From the NCBI GenBank assembly GCA_900321105.1, contig OOHL01000004.1:10995-74994 (forward strand): a DNA stretch of 64,000 nt, given 5' to 3'. Positions 1 to 9,220 of the stretch are shown here, piece by piece. This DNA is from an uncultured Pseudomonadota bacterium (GTDB lineage Bacteria > Pseudomonadota > Alphaproteobacteria > Rs-D84). The notes beneath the pieces were generated by a model, which ran no database searches, had not been told where the DNA came from, and saw only the letters and a program-made list of their open reading frames with translations. Numbering within the stretch: position 1 is the stretch's first letter; the number at the start of each line of letters is the position of its first letter. The translations under genes were made by a program, and so were the position numbers.

Positions 1-1026
1 TAATCTTAAAATCAATGTCATCAATATAATCGCAACACCGTAATTTCCGACCAAAGCATATAACCAATTTATCATCCAAAGCATCGGTGCCGCAAAGAAC
101 CAAAACCAACCATAATCTATTGTTTTTGACAAACCTGGAATCGTTTTAGATGCATTATTTAAAACATCACTTTGGCGTGGTCCCGCAAAAACATATGTAT
201 TTATTTCTGTTTCTGACTTTGGTGCAATTTTAATTGATGCTGCCCCAGTTTGTGCCAAATAAAAATCACCATTTTTCTTTAAACTGATTGTTTGATCTTT
301 TGCATCAATTGATGTGATAACTTCCCAATATTGTTCTGCAAATCCGACGAAAGCATTCACAGATGAATATGCAAATGATTTTTTATTTAATTTATTCCAA
401 TTAATATAGTCTAAATCAGAATTTGCATATACTACCCCACCCGTTTCAACTGCCGCAGATGATTGATTTTTAGCGCTTTGCACAACCTGTACATATGGTG
501 CGATACCTATTTCACGATTCGTTTTATTTTTTATTGTATCGGTTATATTTACAACATAGCCTTCCACTGATATTTTACGCATAAAATGTACATTTGGATT
601 ATCCCAGTGCATTTCCCCGGATTTCATTTCCCAATGGGTGTTTATATTTGGTGTTTGAATGTCGGATGATGTATAACCTATTTCTGCAAAATTATTTTCA
701 TCACTTAAAAGTGATATATTTTCATCAGACTTTGCATTTTGTTTATGTTTGTTCAATGAAACCTTTGATATGCGCAATCCCTGAACATTAAAAGAAATAT
801 CTTCTGTATCTAATGTACGTGTTGCAACATCAGATTTTTCGATTGTTGTTTGTGTAATTGTATTTACTTCTGCTTGTTGAGGTTTAAACCATAACCCCAT
901 TATCCACCATGCAAACAAGAACAAAAATAACCACCACAAAAATCCAGAAAATTTTGATGGCTTCTTATTTGTATTAATTTGATTCCATTGATTAAACCCG
1001 GAATTATTATTCATATACTGTACCAT
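1..1026 (-). CDS. yidC: Membrane protein insertase YidC, N-terminal ~342 codons (3' end runs off the window start)
   Basis: The minus-strand frame is open from nt 1. ATG at 1026 is preceded by AAGGA. The protein has an N-terminal TM (FLWWLFLFLFAWWIMGLWF) and a long periplasmic domain. It then reads IDYGWFWFFAAPMLWMINWLYALVGNYGVAIILMTLILRL, typical of the start of the conserved YidC core. It is absent from the ORF track because it is truncated. Confidence 0.85.
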   Translation of the reverse strand, partial: MVQYMNNNSGFNQWNQINTNKKPSKFSGFLWWLFLFLFAWWIMGLWFKPQQAEVNTITQTTIEKSDVATRTLDTEDISFNVQGLRISKVSLNKHKQNAKSDENISLLSDENNFAEIGYTSSDIQTPNINTHWEMKSGEMHWDNPNVHFMRKISVEGYVVNITDTIKNKTNREIGIAPYVQVVQSAKNQSSAAVETGGVVYANSDLDYINWNKLNKKSFAYSSVNAFVGFAEQYWEVITSIDAKDQTISLKKNGDFYLAQTGAASIKIAPKSETEINTYVFAGPRQSDVLNNASKTIPGLSKTIDYGWFWFFAAPMLWMINWLYALVGNYGVAIILMTLILRL

Positions 1027-1036
1027 TTTTCATCCT

Positions 1037-1600
1037 TTATGAATTGCAAAGACATTTCTTTCTGTTTATAAACATATTTACTAAATAAATAATTACACCA
1101 AACGTAATAAATACATCCCCAATATTAAATATCGCCGGGAAAGTCCAAAGTCCACCAATATGCCATTGTATAAAATCAGCAACCGCACCGAAACGCACAC
1201 GATCAACCAGATTCCCAATTGCGCCACCAATTATAAATGCCAACGGCAAACGTTCATAACTTATTGCTTTTTTAAACAAATAATAAACCAACCATATAAT
1301 AATTAAAGCAGTTATAATACTTAAAATAACAGGCATCATAAAATTAAATGCAGAAAACGAAACGCCCTTGTTCCAAATAAAATGAATATTAAACAAATTA
1401 GACAATCCGTAATCGCCACCGATTATATCGCGCCACGATGCAATAACACCGTTTATGTGGCATTTGGCACAAATCATATTTGGATTATAAATAACATCGC
1501 CGTATTTATTTGCCAACAAATCCAACAAATATTGTTTTGAAAAGAAATCTGCGGCAAAAACCAACAAAATAATTGCTATATATTTTAAAAACTTTTTCAT
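1037..1600 (-). CDS. lspA: Lipoprotein signal peptidase II
   Basis: Shows the LspA motifs WNKGVSFSAF, IIGGAIGNLVDRVRFG and FNIGDVFITFG. It has about 25 extra residues, including CAKCH, in the first periplasmic loop compared with E. coli LspA as I recall it. Confidence 0.85.
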   Translation of the reverse strand: MKKFLKYIAIILLVFAADFFSKQYLLDLLANKYGDVIYNPNMICAKCHINGVIASWRDIIGGDYGLSNLFNIHFIWNKGVSFSAFNFMMPVILSIITALIIIWLVYYLFKKAISYERLPLAFIIGGAIGNLVDRVRFGAVADFIQWHIGGLWTFPAIFNIGDVFITFGVIIYLVNMFINRKKCLCNS

Positions 1601-1657
1601 TTTTTCCCCGTTTCAAGAAATATAGCAACTAGAGACCCTAAAATCAAATACAAAACA

Positions 1658-3361
1658 TTATTTTATATCGATTGGTTTTTTAACATTTTCATAGTCATTT
1701 TCGCGCAAATGATTCATCAATGCATTTATTCTTGGCTTTGATAATCCCAAACTTGTCATAACATCATACCCCAAAATAAATGAAGATTCGATAATTTCTG
1801 GCATTGCAGATGTCACACCCATTTTTAATAAATCACGTGAAGATTTCAAATTATGCGCACGTGCAAATATTTTTATAAGCGGTGATATTCCATGCACAGT
1901 TTGAACAATATCACGTGCAACAACTTCATCGTTCAAAGAAATTACAACCGCTTTTGTTTTGCGCGCTTTAAGTCCCGCTGCTAACAAAATTGATTTCTTT
2001 TTGGATTCACCGTAAATAACATTATATCCGGCCTCTCTTGCCATAACAACCTCGTCTACATTACCATCAATCGCAACATAAGATATTTTTTCAGCGGTTA
2101 ACATTTGTGCGACTATCTGACCCATACGGCCAAATCCACAAATTACAACTGTTGGTGTTTCCTCGTTTATTTTTTCAGATAATTTTTTATCTGAGCTTCC
2201 GTTGAATATTCTGCCAGCCTTTATCAATTGATCATAAATCATCAACAGTATCGGTGTCATCATAATGGAAACAATTATGATAGCCGTCAAAATTTCCTGA
2301 TGTTCTGCAGGTATTGCCGAAATCCCATTTGTTTTCATTGTTTGTAAAATCAACAAACCAAATTCACCACCTTGGGCTAAAATAAGCGCCATTAAAAATG
2401 CTTCATGTGCAGATACATGACGAACACGTGCCACAATATAAAGCGCAAAAAATTTAATTGCAATCAATCCTATAACACCCATCAATACCATAAACCAATG
2501 ATCCGCCAAGAAAGGTAAATTTATACCCATACCCAAAACAATAAAGAAAAACGCCAAGAACAACGTTGCATAGGGCTCTATTGCGGCATTAACCTGATGT
2601 CTGTAAACGGTTTCAGACATCAACATACCCGCCAAGAACGCGCCCAATGCAGGCGGCAATCCCATTAAACTTAAAATCACTGCCCACACCGCAATATTAA
2701 CCATTATCGCTAATACAAAAGCTTCGCCCGATTGAACGCGTGCAACAACACGCATCAATGGGTTGATAATAAACTTAGATACAATAATAACCCCCAGTAT
2801 TAATCCAAATGACATTACCAAAATATCTATTGCAGATGCGCCCAAATTAATCGATTTTCCCGCAAGAACCGGCAACATTGCCAATAATGGAATTGATAAC
2901 AAATCTTGGAACAATAAAATCGAAAACGTTTGGCGTCCCATATTTGTTTGTAATTGATTTCTGTCCATTAATATTTGTAAATCTTCTGATGTACTGGACA
3001 TCGCCAAAATCAAAGCAATCATCATTGCACCCAATAATGTCCATGTTGTCACCCCAACCAAAATAGGGAACAACATCGCGGCAACCATTAAAACCTGGGA
3101 CGCACCAAGACCGAATATAGTGCGACGCAATTGCCAAAGTCTTTGCATATTGATTTGCAAACCAATATTAAACCATAAAAACATAATACCTAAATCACCC
3201 AGAAATGTCCAAGTCCCGGATAATTCAAACAACCCAAAAACATGTTGTCCCGCCAATATACCTGTTAATAAAAACGCCAACAAAGTCCCCATTTTGAAAA
3301 GTCGCATAAAAAACACTGCGACAAAAGCTATTGCAAAAAATACAAGCGTTGCGGTTGACAT
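1658..3361 (-). CDS. CPA2-family K+/H+ antiporter (Kef-type) with C-terminal RCK/TrkA-N domain
   Basis: 567 aa. The N-terminal two thirds are polytopic. The C-terminal part has a Rossmann motif, VVICGFGRMGQIVAQML. Confidence 0.85.
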   Translation of the reverse strand: MSTATLVFFAIAFVAVFFMRLFKMGTLLAFLLTGILAGQHVFGLFELSGTWTFLGDLGIMFLWFNIGLQINMQRLWQLRRTIFGLGASQVLMVAAMLFPILVGVTTWTLLGAMMIALILAMSSTSEDLQILMDRNQLQTNMGRQTFSILLFQDLLSIPLLAMLPVLAGKSINLGASAIDILVMSFGLILGVIIVSKFIINPLMRVVARVQSGEAFVLAIMVNIAVWAVILSLMGLPPALGAFLAGMLMSETVYRHQVNAAIEPYATLFLAFFFIVLGMGINLPFLADHWFMVLMGVIGLIAIKFFALYIVARVRHVSAHEAFLMALILAQGGEFGLLILQTMKTNGISAIPAEHQEILTAIIIVSIMMTPILLMIYDQLIKAGRIFNGSSDKKLSEKINEETPTVVICGFGRMGQIVAQMLTAEKISYVAIDGNVDEVVMAREAGYNVIYGESKKKSILLAAGLKARKTKAVVISLNDEVVARDIVQTVHGISPLIKIFARAHNLKSSRDLLKMGVTSAMPEIIESSFILGYDVMTSLGLSKPRINALMNHLRENDYENVKKPIDIK

Positions 3362-3386
3362 GGTTTCTCTCTCCCTATTTATTACA

Positions 3387-4220
3387 TTATAACAAATTTA
3401 CATCAATATTGCGCGATATTTTTAAGAATAATTCTGGACTGATTTCTTCTGCGCGTTCCGTTCCTGTCAATCCAAATTTATTCCAATCTGTTTTTATAAT
3501 TCCGCGTATCATTTTACGACGCATCCCGAATAATTTAGCAGTCAGTTTTTCCAGTTTTGAAATATCATCAATTTGTTTAATTTTATTTTTATTTGGAATA
3601 ATTTGCACAACCGCAGATTGCACCTTTGGACGTGGAACAAATGCGGTATTTGGCACATCAAATAAAATTTTTGTATCGGCAATTAAATTACATAGCACAG
3701 ACAATCTGCCGTATTGCGAATCACCAACGTGCGCAACAATTCGTTGTGCAACCTCTTTCTGAAACATCAAAGTTAGCGATTTTATTTTTTCGCCATTTGC
3801 AATTTTTTGCATCCAGCCAATCAATAATTCGGTGCCAACATTATACGGCAAATTAGAACAAATTGCGAAACCATCTTTATCTATATTTGATAAATCAGTT
3901 TTCAATGCGTCACCATATATAACTTCAAAGCGACCATTTGCCACATCAACTATTTTTGATAATATCGGCTCTGTCGTTTTGTCTTTTTCAATCGCAATTA
4001 ATTTTTTTGCGCCCGCCATTAAAATTGCACGCGTTAAACCACCAGGTCCCGGTCCTACCTCTATAACCGTAGTATTTTCTATATCTGGAATATTGCGTGC
4101 GATACGCGATGTTAAATTTAAATCAAACAAAAAATTCTGACCGAATTGTTTCTTTGGTTCCAGACCGCTTTCGCGCATCATTTCTGATACTGGTGGCAAA
4201 GATGCAACTTTGTCTGTCAT
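3387..4220 (-). CDS. rsmA: 16S rRNA (adenine1518/1519-N6)-dimethyltransferase
   Basis: Contains GQNFLFDLNLTSRIA and the SAM motif VIEVGPGPGGLT. Overlaps recR by 4 nt. Confidence 0.9.
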   Translation of the reverse strand: MTDKVASLPPVSEMMRESGLEPKKQFGQNFLFDLNLTSRIARNIPDIENTTVIEVGPGPGGLTRAILMAGAKKLIAIEKDKTTEPILSKIVDVANGRFEVIYGDALKTDLSNIDKDGFAICSNLPYNVGTELLIGWMQKIANGEKIKSLTLMFQKEVAQRIVAHVGDSQYGRLSVLCNLIADTKILFDVPNTAFVPRPKVQSAVVQIIPNKNKIKQIDDISKLEKLTAKLFGMRRKMIRGIIKTDWNKFGLTGTERAEEISPELFLKISRNIDVNLL

Positions 4221-4807
4221 AACTTTTTGCGCCCCCCGAAAGCCAGTGTCAACGTTCCATCATCTATATAATCCAAATCACCCCCCAATGGTACACCAGA
4301 AGCCAATTCAGAAAATGACACATTTGTATTATTGATTGATGAAATAATATATTGTTGCGTTGTTTTCCCTTCGACAGTGTTAGGTAATGCAAATATAATT
4401 TCTTCGATATTTTCTTGCAATATACGATCTGCGATATTCGCGATATTTAAATCGTCTGGCGTAACACCATTTACCCCGGAAAGATTTCCGCCCAACACAT
4501 GATAACGACCATGAAAGACACCTGATTTTTCCAAAACCAAAACATCAGATAAATCACGAACAATACATAATTGTCCATTTTTGCGCGTTTCATCCAAACA
4601 ATATTCACATTTGTCAGTATCCGTTAACATACCGCAAACAGGACACGGATGAATTGATTCTGCAGCATCCATCAAGGCATTTGCCAACAATTGTGCACGT
4701 CCTGTTTTATCTTGCAACAAACCAATTACAATACGTGTTGCTGCACGTGTTCCAACACGTGGTAATTTTGCAAATTGTTTAATAAGCTTTTCTATCTTTA
4801 TATTCAT
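4217..4807 (-). CDS. recR: Recombination protein RecR
   Basis: Contains KLPRVGTRAATRI (HhH), the C4 zinc finger CPVCGMLTDTDKCEYC, and a Toprim region (GRYHVLGG, VEGKTT). Confidence 0.9.
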   Translation of the reverse strand: MNIKIEKLIKQFAKLPRVGTRAATRIVIGLLQDKTGRAQLLANALMDAAESIHPCPVCGMLTDTDKCEYCLDETRKNGQLCIVRDLSDVLVLEKSGVFHGRYHVLGGNLSGVNGVTPDDLNIANIADRILQENIEEIIFALPNTVEGKTTQQYIISSINNTNVSFSELASGVPLGGDLDYIDDGTLTLAFGGRKKL

Positions 4808-4819
4808 TGCTTTTTACTT

Positions 4820-5947
4820 TTAATGAAATATATAACAATCTATGCCGTTTGCAATCGCTGTATTTTTAGCATTCTGCGCCCCGCTTTCAGACAACCCATT
4901 TACACGAACACGATAAAGACCCGTATCATTTTGTTCGATATTCGCATTTAAACCAACAACAGACTTTACTTTTTCTGCCTGTTTTTTTGCTGCATCGTAT
5001 GTTGAATATGCACCAAACTGAATACCCGCATTACCAGAAGAATATGTTATATTATTTTTAGATGTTTCTTGTTTATCGACAGCATATTTAGCAATCGGAT
5101 TTGTATTGGTTGCAGCAACAGTATTTACAGGTTTGGGCGCAACATAATTTGAATTTCCAAATTTACTAAACCCAAGATTTAACATCTTGGTTGCAACATT
5201 TGCACGAACATCTTTATTTTCAGCCCCCAATACAACAGCAATCAAATGATGATTATTTTGTTTGGCAGTCGCAACCAATGAATATTTTGATTTGTTTGTA
5301 AATCCAGTTTTCATACCGTCAGCCCCTGGATAGTTTCCCAACAAACGGTTGCCATTTGTATAAGTCTTTCCATTATATGTCCATGTTTTTATTCCAAAAT
5401 ATTTCCAGTATTGCGGGAAATGCTTATATACCGCCATGGAAAGCAATGCAATATCACGTGCCGTTGACATATGATCATCATTTGGCAGACCAGACGAATT
5501 TTCAAAATTGGTATTTTTCAACCCTATTTCATTTGCGACACGTGTCATCAAATTTGCAAAGTTGCCTTCTTTGCCACCTTGTAAATTTTCGGCCAGAACG
5601 CGCGCAACATCGTTTGCAGAATGCACCGCCACCGCTTTAATCGCATCTTCGACTTTAATTTTACTGCCCGCTGCCAGTCCAAGTTTTACCGGATCTGCAT
5701 TTGCTGCATAATTTGAAACAATCAAGTAATCATCCAAATGTAAACGCCCATGTTCCAGCGCATCAAAAGTCAAGTATAAAGTCATAATTTTTGTTAAAGA
5801 TGCCGGATAATTTAATTCATTTGCATTTTCTTGATATAAAACACGGCCAGAATCTATGTCTGCAACCAATGCAGCCTTGTATTGCGCAGCACCCGCAACA
5901 CCACAAAACAAGAACAACGATAAAACTAACGATAAAACTCTCTTCAT
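4820..5947 (-). CDS. D-alanyl-D-alanine carboxypeptidase (PBP5/6 class) fused to a C-terminal SPOR domain
   Basis: Signal peptide, SxxK (ASLTKIM), SxN (HSAND) and KTG (KTGFT). The C-terminal ~70 aa (GIQFGAYSTYDAAKKQAEKV...LYRVRVNGL) look like SPOR. Confidence 0.8.
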   Translation of the reverse strand: MKRVLSLVLSLFLFCGVAGAAQYKAALVADIDSGRVLYQENANELNYPASLTKIMTLYLTFDALEHGRLHLDDYLIVSNYAANADPVKLGLAAGSKIKVEDAIKAVAVHSANDVARVLAENLQGGKEGNFANLMTRVANEIGLKNTNFENSSGLPNDDHMSTARDIALLSMAVYKHFPQYWKYFGIKTWTYNGKTYTNGNRLLGNYPGADGMKTGFTNKSKYSLVATAKQNNHHLIAVVLGAENKDVRANVATKMLNLGFSKFGNSNYVAPKPVNTVAATNTNPIAKYAVDKQETSKNNITYSSGNAGIQFGAYSTYDAAKKQAEKVKSVVGLNANIEQNDTGLYRVRVNGLSESGAQNAKNTAIANGIDCYIFH

Positions 5948-6066
5948 AACAAGGAAATGATAGTAAAAATACTATATTTGGGTCAACAATAAAAAAGAAC
6001 AAAAAAACATTTTGACTTTCTTTATGATATATAAAATAATGCCCCAGCAAAACAAAGGGATATATT

Positions 6067-6300
6067 ATGAAAAACAATAAAAATTTAATCGCATGGGAAC
6101 CAGCATTATGGGGCGCACTTTTCGGTTCATCAGCCGCTTCTACAGTTGGTACAATTACAGATTCAACACTTACACCAGATTGGTTCAAGGCACTTTTAAT
6201 TTTAACAACAGCATCTATTGCAGGTGCCAGCGCATATAAAACATATCAATCTGTTAATAATATTAACAAAAAAATAAATCAAAATAAAAAACAACGTTAA
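6067..6300 (+). CDS. Small hypothetical membrane protein (77 aa)
   Basis: AAAGGGA lies upstream of the ATG. There is one hydrophobic helix (FKALLILTTASIAGASAY) and a Lys/Asn-rich tail, followed directly by a hairpin terminator. Confidence 0.5.
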   Translation: MKNNKNLIAWEPALWGALFGSSAASTVGTITDSTLTPDWFKALLILTTASIAGASAYKTYQSVNNINKKINQNKKQR

Positions 6301-6328
6301 AAAAAACGGGTCAAACGACCCGTTTTTT
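6301..6328. terminator. Bidirectional rho-independent terminator
   Basis: AAAAAA-CGGGTC-AAAC-GACCCG-TTTTTT between the convergent small ORF and pyk. Confidence 0.75.
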
Positions 6329-7697
6329 AATCAAGTGTTCGCAGACTGATTTTATCATCATCCACAATAACCAATTTACCGATTCCAATTCCAAATTGAC
6401 GCACTGCCTCAAAAGCCAATCTTTGCCCATAAAGATATTCATCAGATATTGGGAACACCCCACGCAAAAGCACCAATTGATTTGCTGTTGCTTCATCCCC
6501 ACATACCGCAATAATTGGAATATCTGGTTTACGACATGAAATTTGAACCACCGCATCAGTGTCACGTGCAAAAACAACTATTGCAGCGGCTTTGTTTAAA
6601 TATGCCATTGAAGATACCGAACGCGACCAATCATTTTCAGGAACATTATCTATGCGCGACCAATCATACGGATTCGCGATTGCATCCGCATCTGAATAAG
6701 ATAAAATCTTGTTCATTGTTTCGATTACATTAACAGGATTATCACCAATTGTCGTTTCTTCGGATGTCATTGTAGAATCAGTACGCAAATAAGCCGCGTT
6801 TGCAACATCTGAAATTTCTGCACGTGTTGGGAATTCACTGTGCACCATGGACGACAACATTTGTGTTGCCATAATAACAGGTCGATTTAATTTTCTGCAT
6901 TCACGAATAATATGACGTGATATTGCCGGCACTTGTTCAAAAGGTAATTCAACCGCCAAATCGCCACGCGCAATCATGATTCCATCGGCCGCCGTTGCAA
7001 TATCAACAATTCGTTCTACTGCGTTTGGACGTTCTATTTTTGCAATAATTTTAACAGGCGATGATGTACGCGCATTTATAAAATCACGAACGAAAGCGAC
7101 ATCTTCCGCCCTTTGCACAAAAGACAGCGCGACATAATCAGGCTGTTTTGTTATTGCGTATTCAAGGTCGGCCTTGTCTTTCGCGGTTAAAATTTCTGTA
7201 TCAATATCGGTATCAGGCAAATTAAATCCGCGACGCGACCAGATTTCATCACCACGAACAACGGTCGTTTCGATTTTATCATCAAATACCGCATCAACTT
7301 TTAATTCAATCTTGCCATCATTTAATAAAACCCGATCCCCTATTTTCAGCGATTTCATAACATCGCCGTCTGGCAATTGAACACGTGTTTCATTTCCCGG
7401 TGTTGGGTCGTTATCCAAAATAAACTTTTGCCCTATTTTTAATGGATAATGATTTTCAGTTTCAAAATTACCAATTCTGTGTTTTGGTCCCTGAATATCA
7501 ATCATAACCGCCACTGGTTTATTTAGTTCGCGCGCAACATCACGGATTAAATCTATTTTAGCCCCCTGGATATCGCCGGTATCATGACTGAAATTAAGAC
7601 GGCACACATTAACGCCCGCCTTTATCATCTGGGTTAAAACTTCGCGGCTTTCACAATTTGGCCCGATAGATGCGGTAATTTTAGTAAATCGTGTCAT
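6327..7697 (-). CDS. pyk: Pyruvate kinase
   Basis: Contains MTRFTKITASIGP, NFSHD and MIARGDLAVE. I place the start at ATG 7697. The track ORF extends to 7811 through AT-rich promoter sequence. Confidence 0.9.
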   Translation of the reverse strand: MTRFTKITASIGPNCESREVLTQMIKAGVNVCRLNFSHDTGDIQGAKIDLIRDVARELNKPVAVMIDIQGPKHRIGNFETENHYPLKIGQKFILDNDPTPGNETRVQLPDGDVMKSLKIGDRVLLNDGKIELKVDAVFDDKIETTVVRGDEIWSRRGFNLPDTDIDTEILTAKDKADLEYAITKQPDYVALSFVQRAEDVAFVRDFINARTSSPVKIIAKIERPNAVERIVDIATAADGIMIARGDLAVELPFEQVPAISRHIIRECRKLNRPVIMATQMLSSMVHSEFPTRAEISDVANAAYLRTDSTMTSEETTIGDNPVNVIETMNKILSYSDADAIANPYDWSRIDNVPENDWSRSVSSMAYLNKAAAIVVFARDTDAVVQISCRKPDIPIIAVCGDEATANQLVLLRGVFPISDEYLYGQRLAFEAVRQFGIGIGKLVIVDDDKISLRTLD

Positions 7698-7786
7698 GTA
7701 TATTCTCTCTCGTGCTTTATAAAAATATTTGATTTTTATAATTGTTAATATATCATATATCTCATAGAAAAAACAAGAGGGATAAT

Positions 7787-8035
7787 ATGAAAAACGCAAA
7801 TCATGGCGCAATAGATAACGCCCAATTAATCAGCATTATCGAAAGAATTGAAAAATTAAATGAAGACACCGCTGCAATCGCCGCTGATATCAAAGAAGTG
7901 TATAGCGAAGCCAAATCTGCAGGTTATGATCCAAAATATATTCGCCAAATGATAAGATTACGCAAATTGGATCCAGATGAATTGGACGAAGCAGACGAAT
8001 TAACAAAAATGTATCGTGACGCATTGGGACTGTAA
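7787..8035 (+). CDS. gapR: GapR / DUF2312 (UPF0335) nucleoid-associated protein
   Basis: MKNANHGAIDNAQLISIIERIEKLNEDTAAIAADIKEVYSEAKSAGYDPKYIRQMIRLRKLD matches the alphaproteobacterial GapR family. AAGAGGG lies upstream of ATG 7787. Confidence 0.8.
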   Translation: MKNANHGAIDNAQLISIIERIEKLNEDTAAIAADIKEVYSEAKSAGYDPKYIRQMIRLRKLDPDELDEADELTKMYRDALGL

Positions 8036-8349
8036 TGAAAAGATTCACAAAACGTGTTGAAGATTTCACCTGCGCCCATTGTGGCGCAGATGTTTTAGGT
8101 AATGGATATACAAACCATTGCCCAAAATGTTTATGGTCTCGGCACGTTGATAATAATCCGGGTGACCGTGCTTCTGATTGTGGTGGAATGATGCGCCCAA
8201 TATCTGTAAAGCCTGATAAAGACGGATACATAATCACACACAAATGTGAAAAATGCGGTAAAACAATAAACCAACATTCCGCACCAAACGATGATATCGA
8301 TACAATTATATCAATATCATCAAACCCAGATTTCATTTTTGGGAAATAA
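8035..8349 (+). CDS. RNHCP domain protein (Cys-cluster zinc-ribbon-like)
   Basis: Contains FTCAHCGADV...GYTNHCPKCLWSRHVD...HKCEKCGK. Its start overlaps the gapR stop (TAATG). Confidence 0.7.
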   Translation: MKRFTKRVEDFTCAHCGADVLGNGYTNHCPKCLWSRHVDNNPGDRASDCGGMMRPISVKPDKDGYIITHKCEKCGKTINQHSAPNDDIDTIISISSNPDFIFGK

Positions 8350-8383
8350 TAACTGTTAAAAAAACTAACATAGGAATTACATT

Positions 8384-9175
8384 ATGGAAAACAAAGATAA
8401 ACAACCTGTGTATTTGCGTGATGTAGATATGATATTCAGACCTGGCAATATTCAAATTGAAAGCAAGGCTGATTTAGCAAAAATTGTTGAATTACCATGT
8501 TTAGCATTATGCGAAGCTTTGTATGATAAAAACATTTTGACTTGTTGGAGTTCGTCAAACAAAACAGCACCAAGAAAATCTTATGTACTTGTTCGATATG
8601 AAAGTCTTGATGATACAAATAAGAAAATCGCAGACGATTTAATCAGCAAAGGTATATTAAACGATAAAACCCAATTTGAATCTGGTAATTCTGCAAAAGA
8701 ATATGGTAAATCTTTATATATTGGATTTGATACAAATCCTGATATGTTGGTTTCAGATATATCTAAGAAATTATGTGAAATGGCATCTGCTTTTGTTTAT
8801 CAAGATATAAAATATAATGTTTATACACCACAATATTTATTATCAAATGATCCATTTTTTACAGGAACAAAACCTTTTGGTTTTCCAAGTTTAAAAACGA
8901 CTATTCGTGGGGACGAATATATATATGATTCATATTATCATGATGACAAAAGAAGGCTGTATGATGAAATTAGACTTTTAATGCATACAAAAAAAGATAC
9001 AGGTTTAACAGAACAAGACATGCGTGAAATAGCAGGAAAAATAGGATGGATATATAACGAAACAAACGGTCTTTTATACAAAGACAAAGAAACCCTGCAA
9101 CGTCATAATGAATATCTGAAAAAAATTAATCAAACATATAAAACCACAATATTTACATCTGGCAGAGATATGTAA
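8384..9175 (+). CDS. Hypothetical protein (263 aa)
   Basis: Long ORF with a GGAATTACATT-ATG context. I recognise no family. Ends at a hairpin terminator. Confidence 0.55.
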   Translation: MENKDKQPVYLRDVDMIFRPGNIQIESKADLAKIVELPCLALCEALYDKNILTCWSSSNKTAPRKSYVLVRYESLDDTNKKIADDLISKGILNDKTQFESGNSAKEYGKSLYIGFDTNPDMLVSDISKKLCEMASAFVYQDIKYNVYTPQYLLSNDPFFTGTKPFGFPSLKTTIRGDEYIYDSYYHDDKRRLYDEIRLLMHTKKDTGLTEQDMREIAGKIGWIYNETNGLLYKDKETLQRHNEYLKKINQTYKTTIFTSGRDM

Positions 9176-9193
9176 ACATTTGCCCATAATAAC

Positions 9194-9219
9194 AAAAAAG
9201 TCCCGTTTGGGACTTTTTT
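9194..9219. terminator. Bidirectional rho-independent terminator
   Basis: AAAAAGTCCC-GTTT-GGGACTTTTT between convergent genes. Confidence 0.75.
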
Positions 9220-9220
9220 A

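Noticed and set aside
2763-3392. Several track ORFs (2763-2957, 2847-3137, 2878-3066, 3120-3392) inside or antisense to the Kef-type antiporter gene
   Set aside because: They are embedded in a 567-aa ORF with clear CPA2/RCK similarity. They have low-complexity or odd composition and no RBS. The same reasoning applies to the many antisense or overlapping ORFs inside rsmA, dac, pyrG, comEC, the RND pump, gyrA, valS, PBP1A, uvrD and P1-P5.
5817-6188. Track ORF 5817-6188 (-), 123 aa, spanning the dac start and the small plus-strand ORF
   Set aside because: It overlaps the dac signal-peptide region and the intergenic promoter region. Its Cys/Phe-rich composition is odd, with no RBS. The plus-strand 77-aa ORF with RBS and terminator is the better model.
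7698-7811. N-terminal extension of the pyruvate kinase ORF (track start 7811)
   Set aside because: The extension (MRHDLRFSYYPSCFFYEIYDILTIIKIKYFYKARERIY) is translated promoter-like AT-rich DNA that overlaps the gapR upstream region. The conserved PK N-terminus begins at MTRFTKI (ATG 7697).
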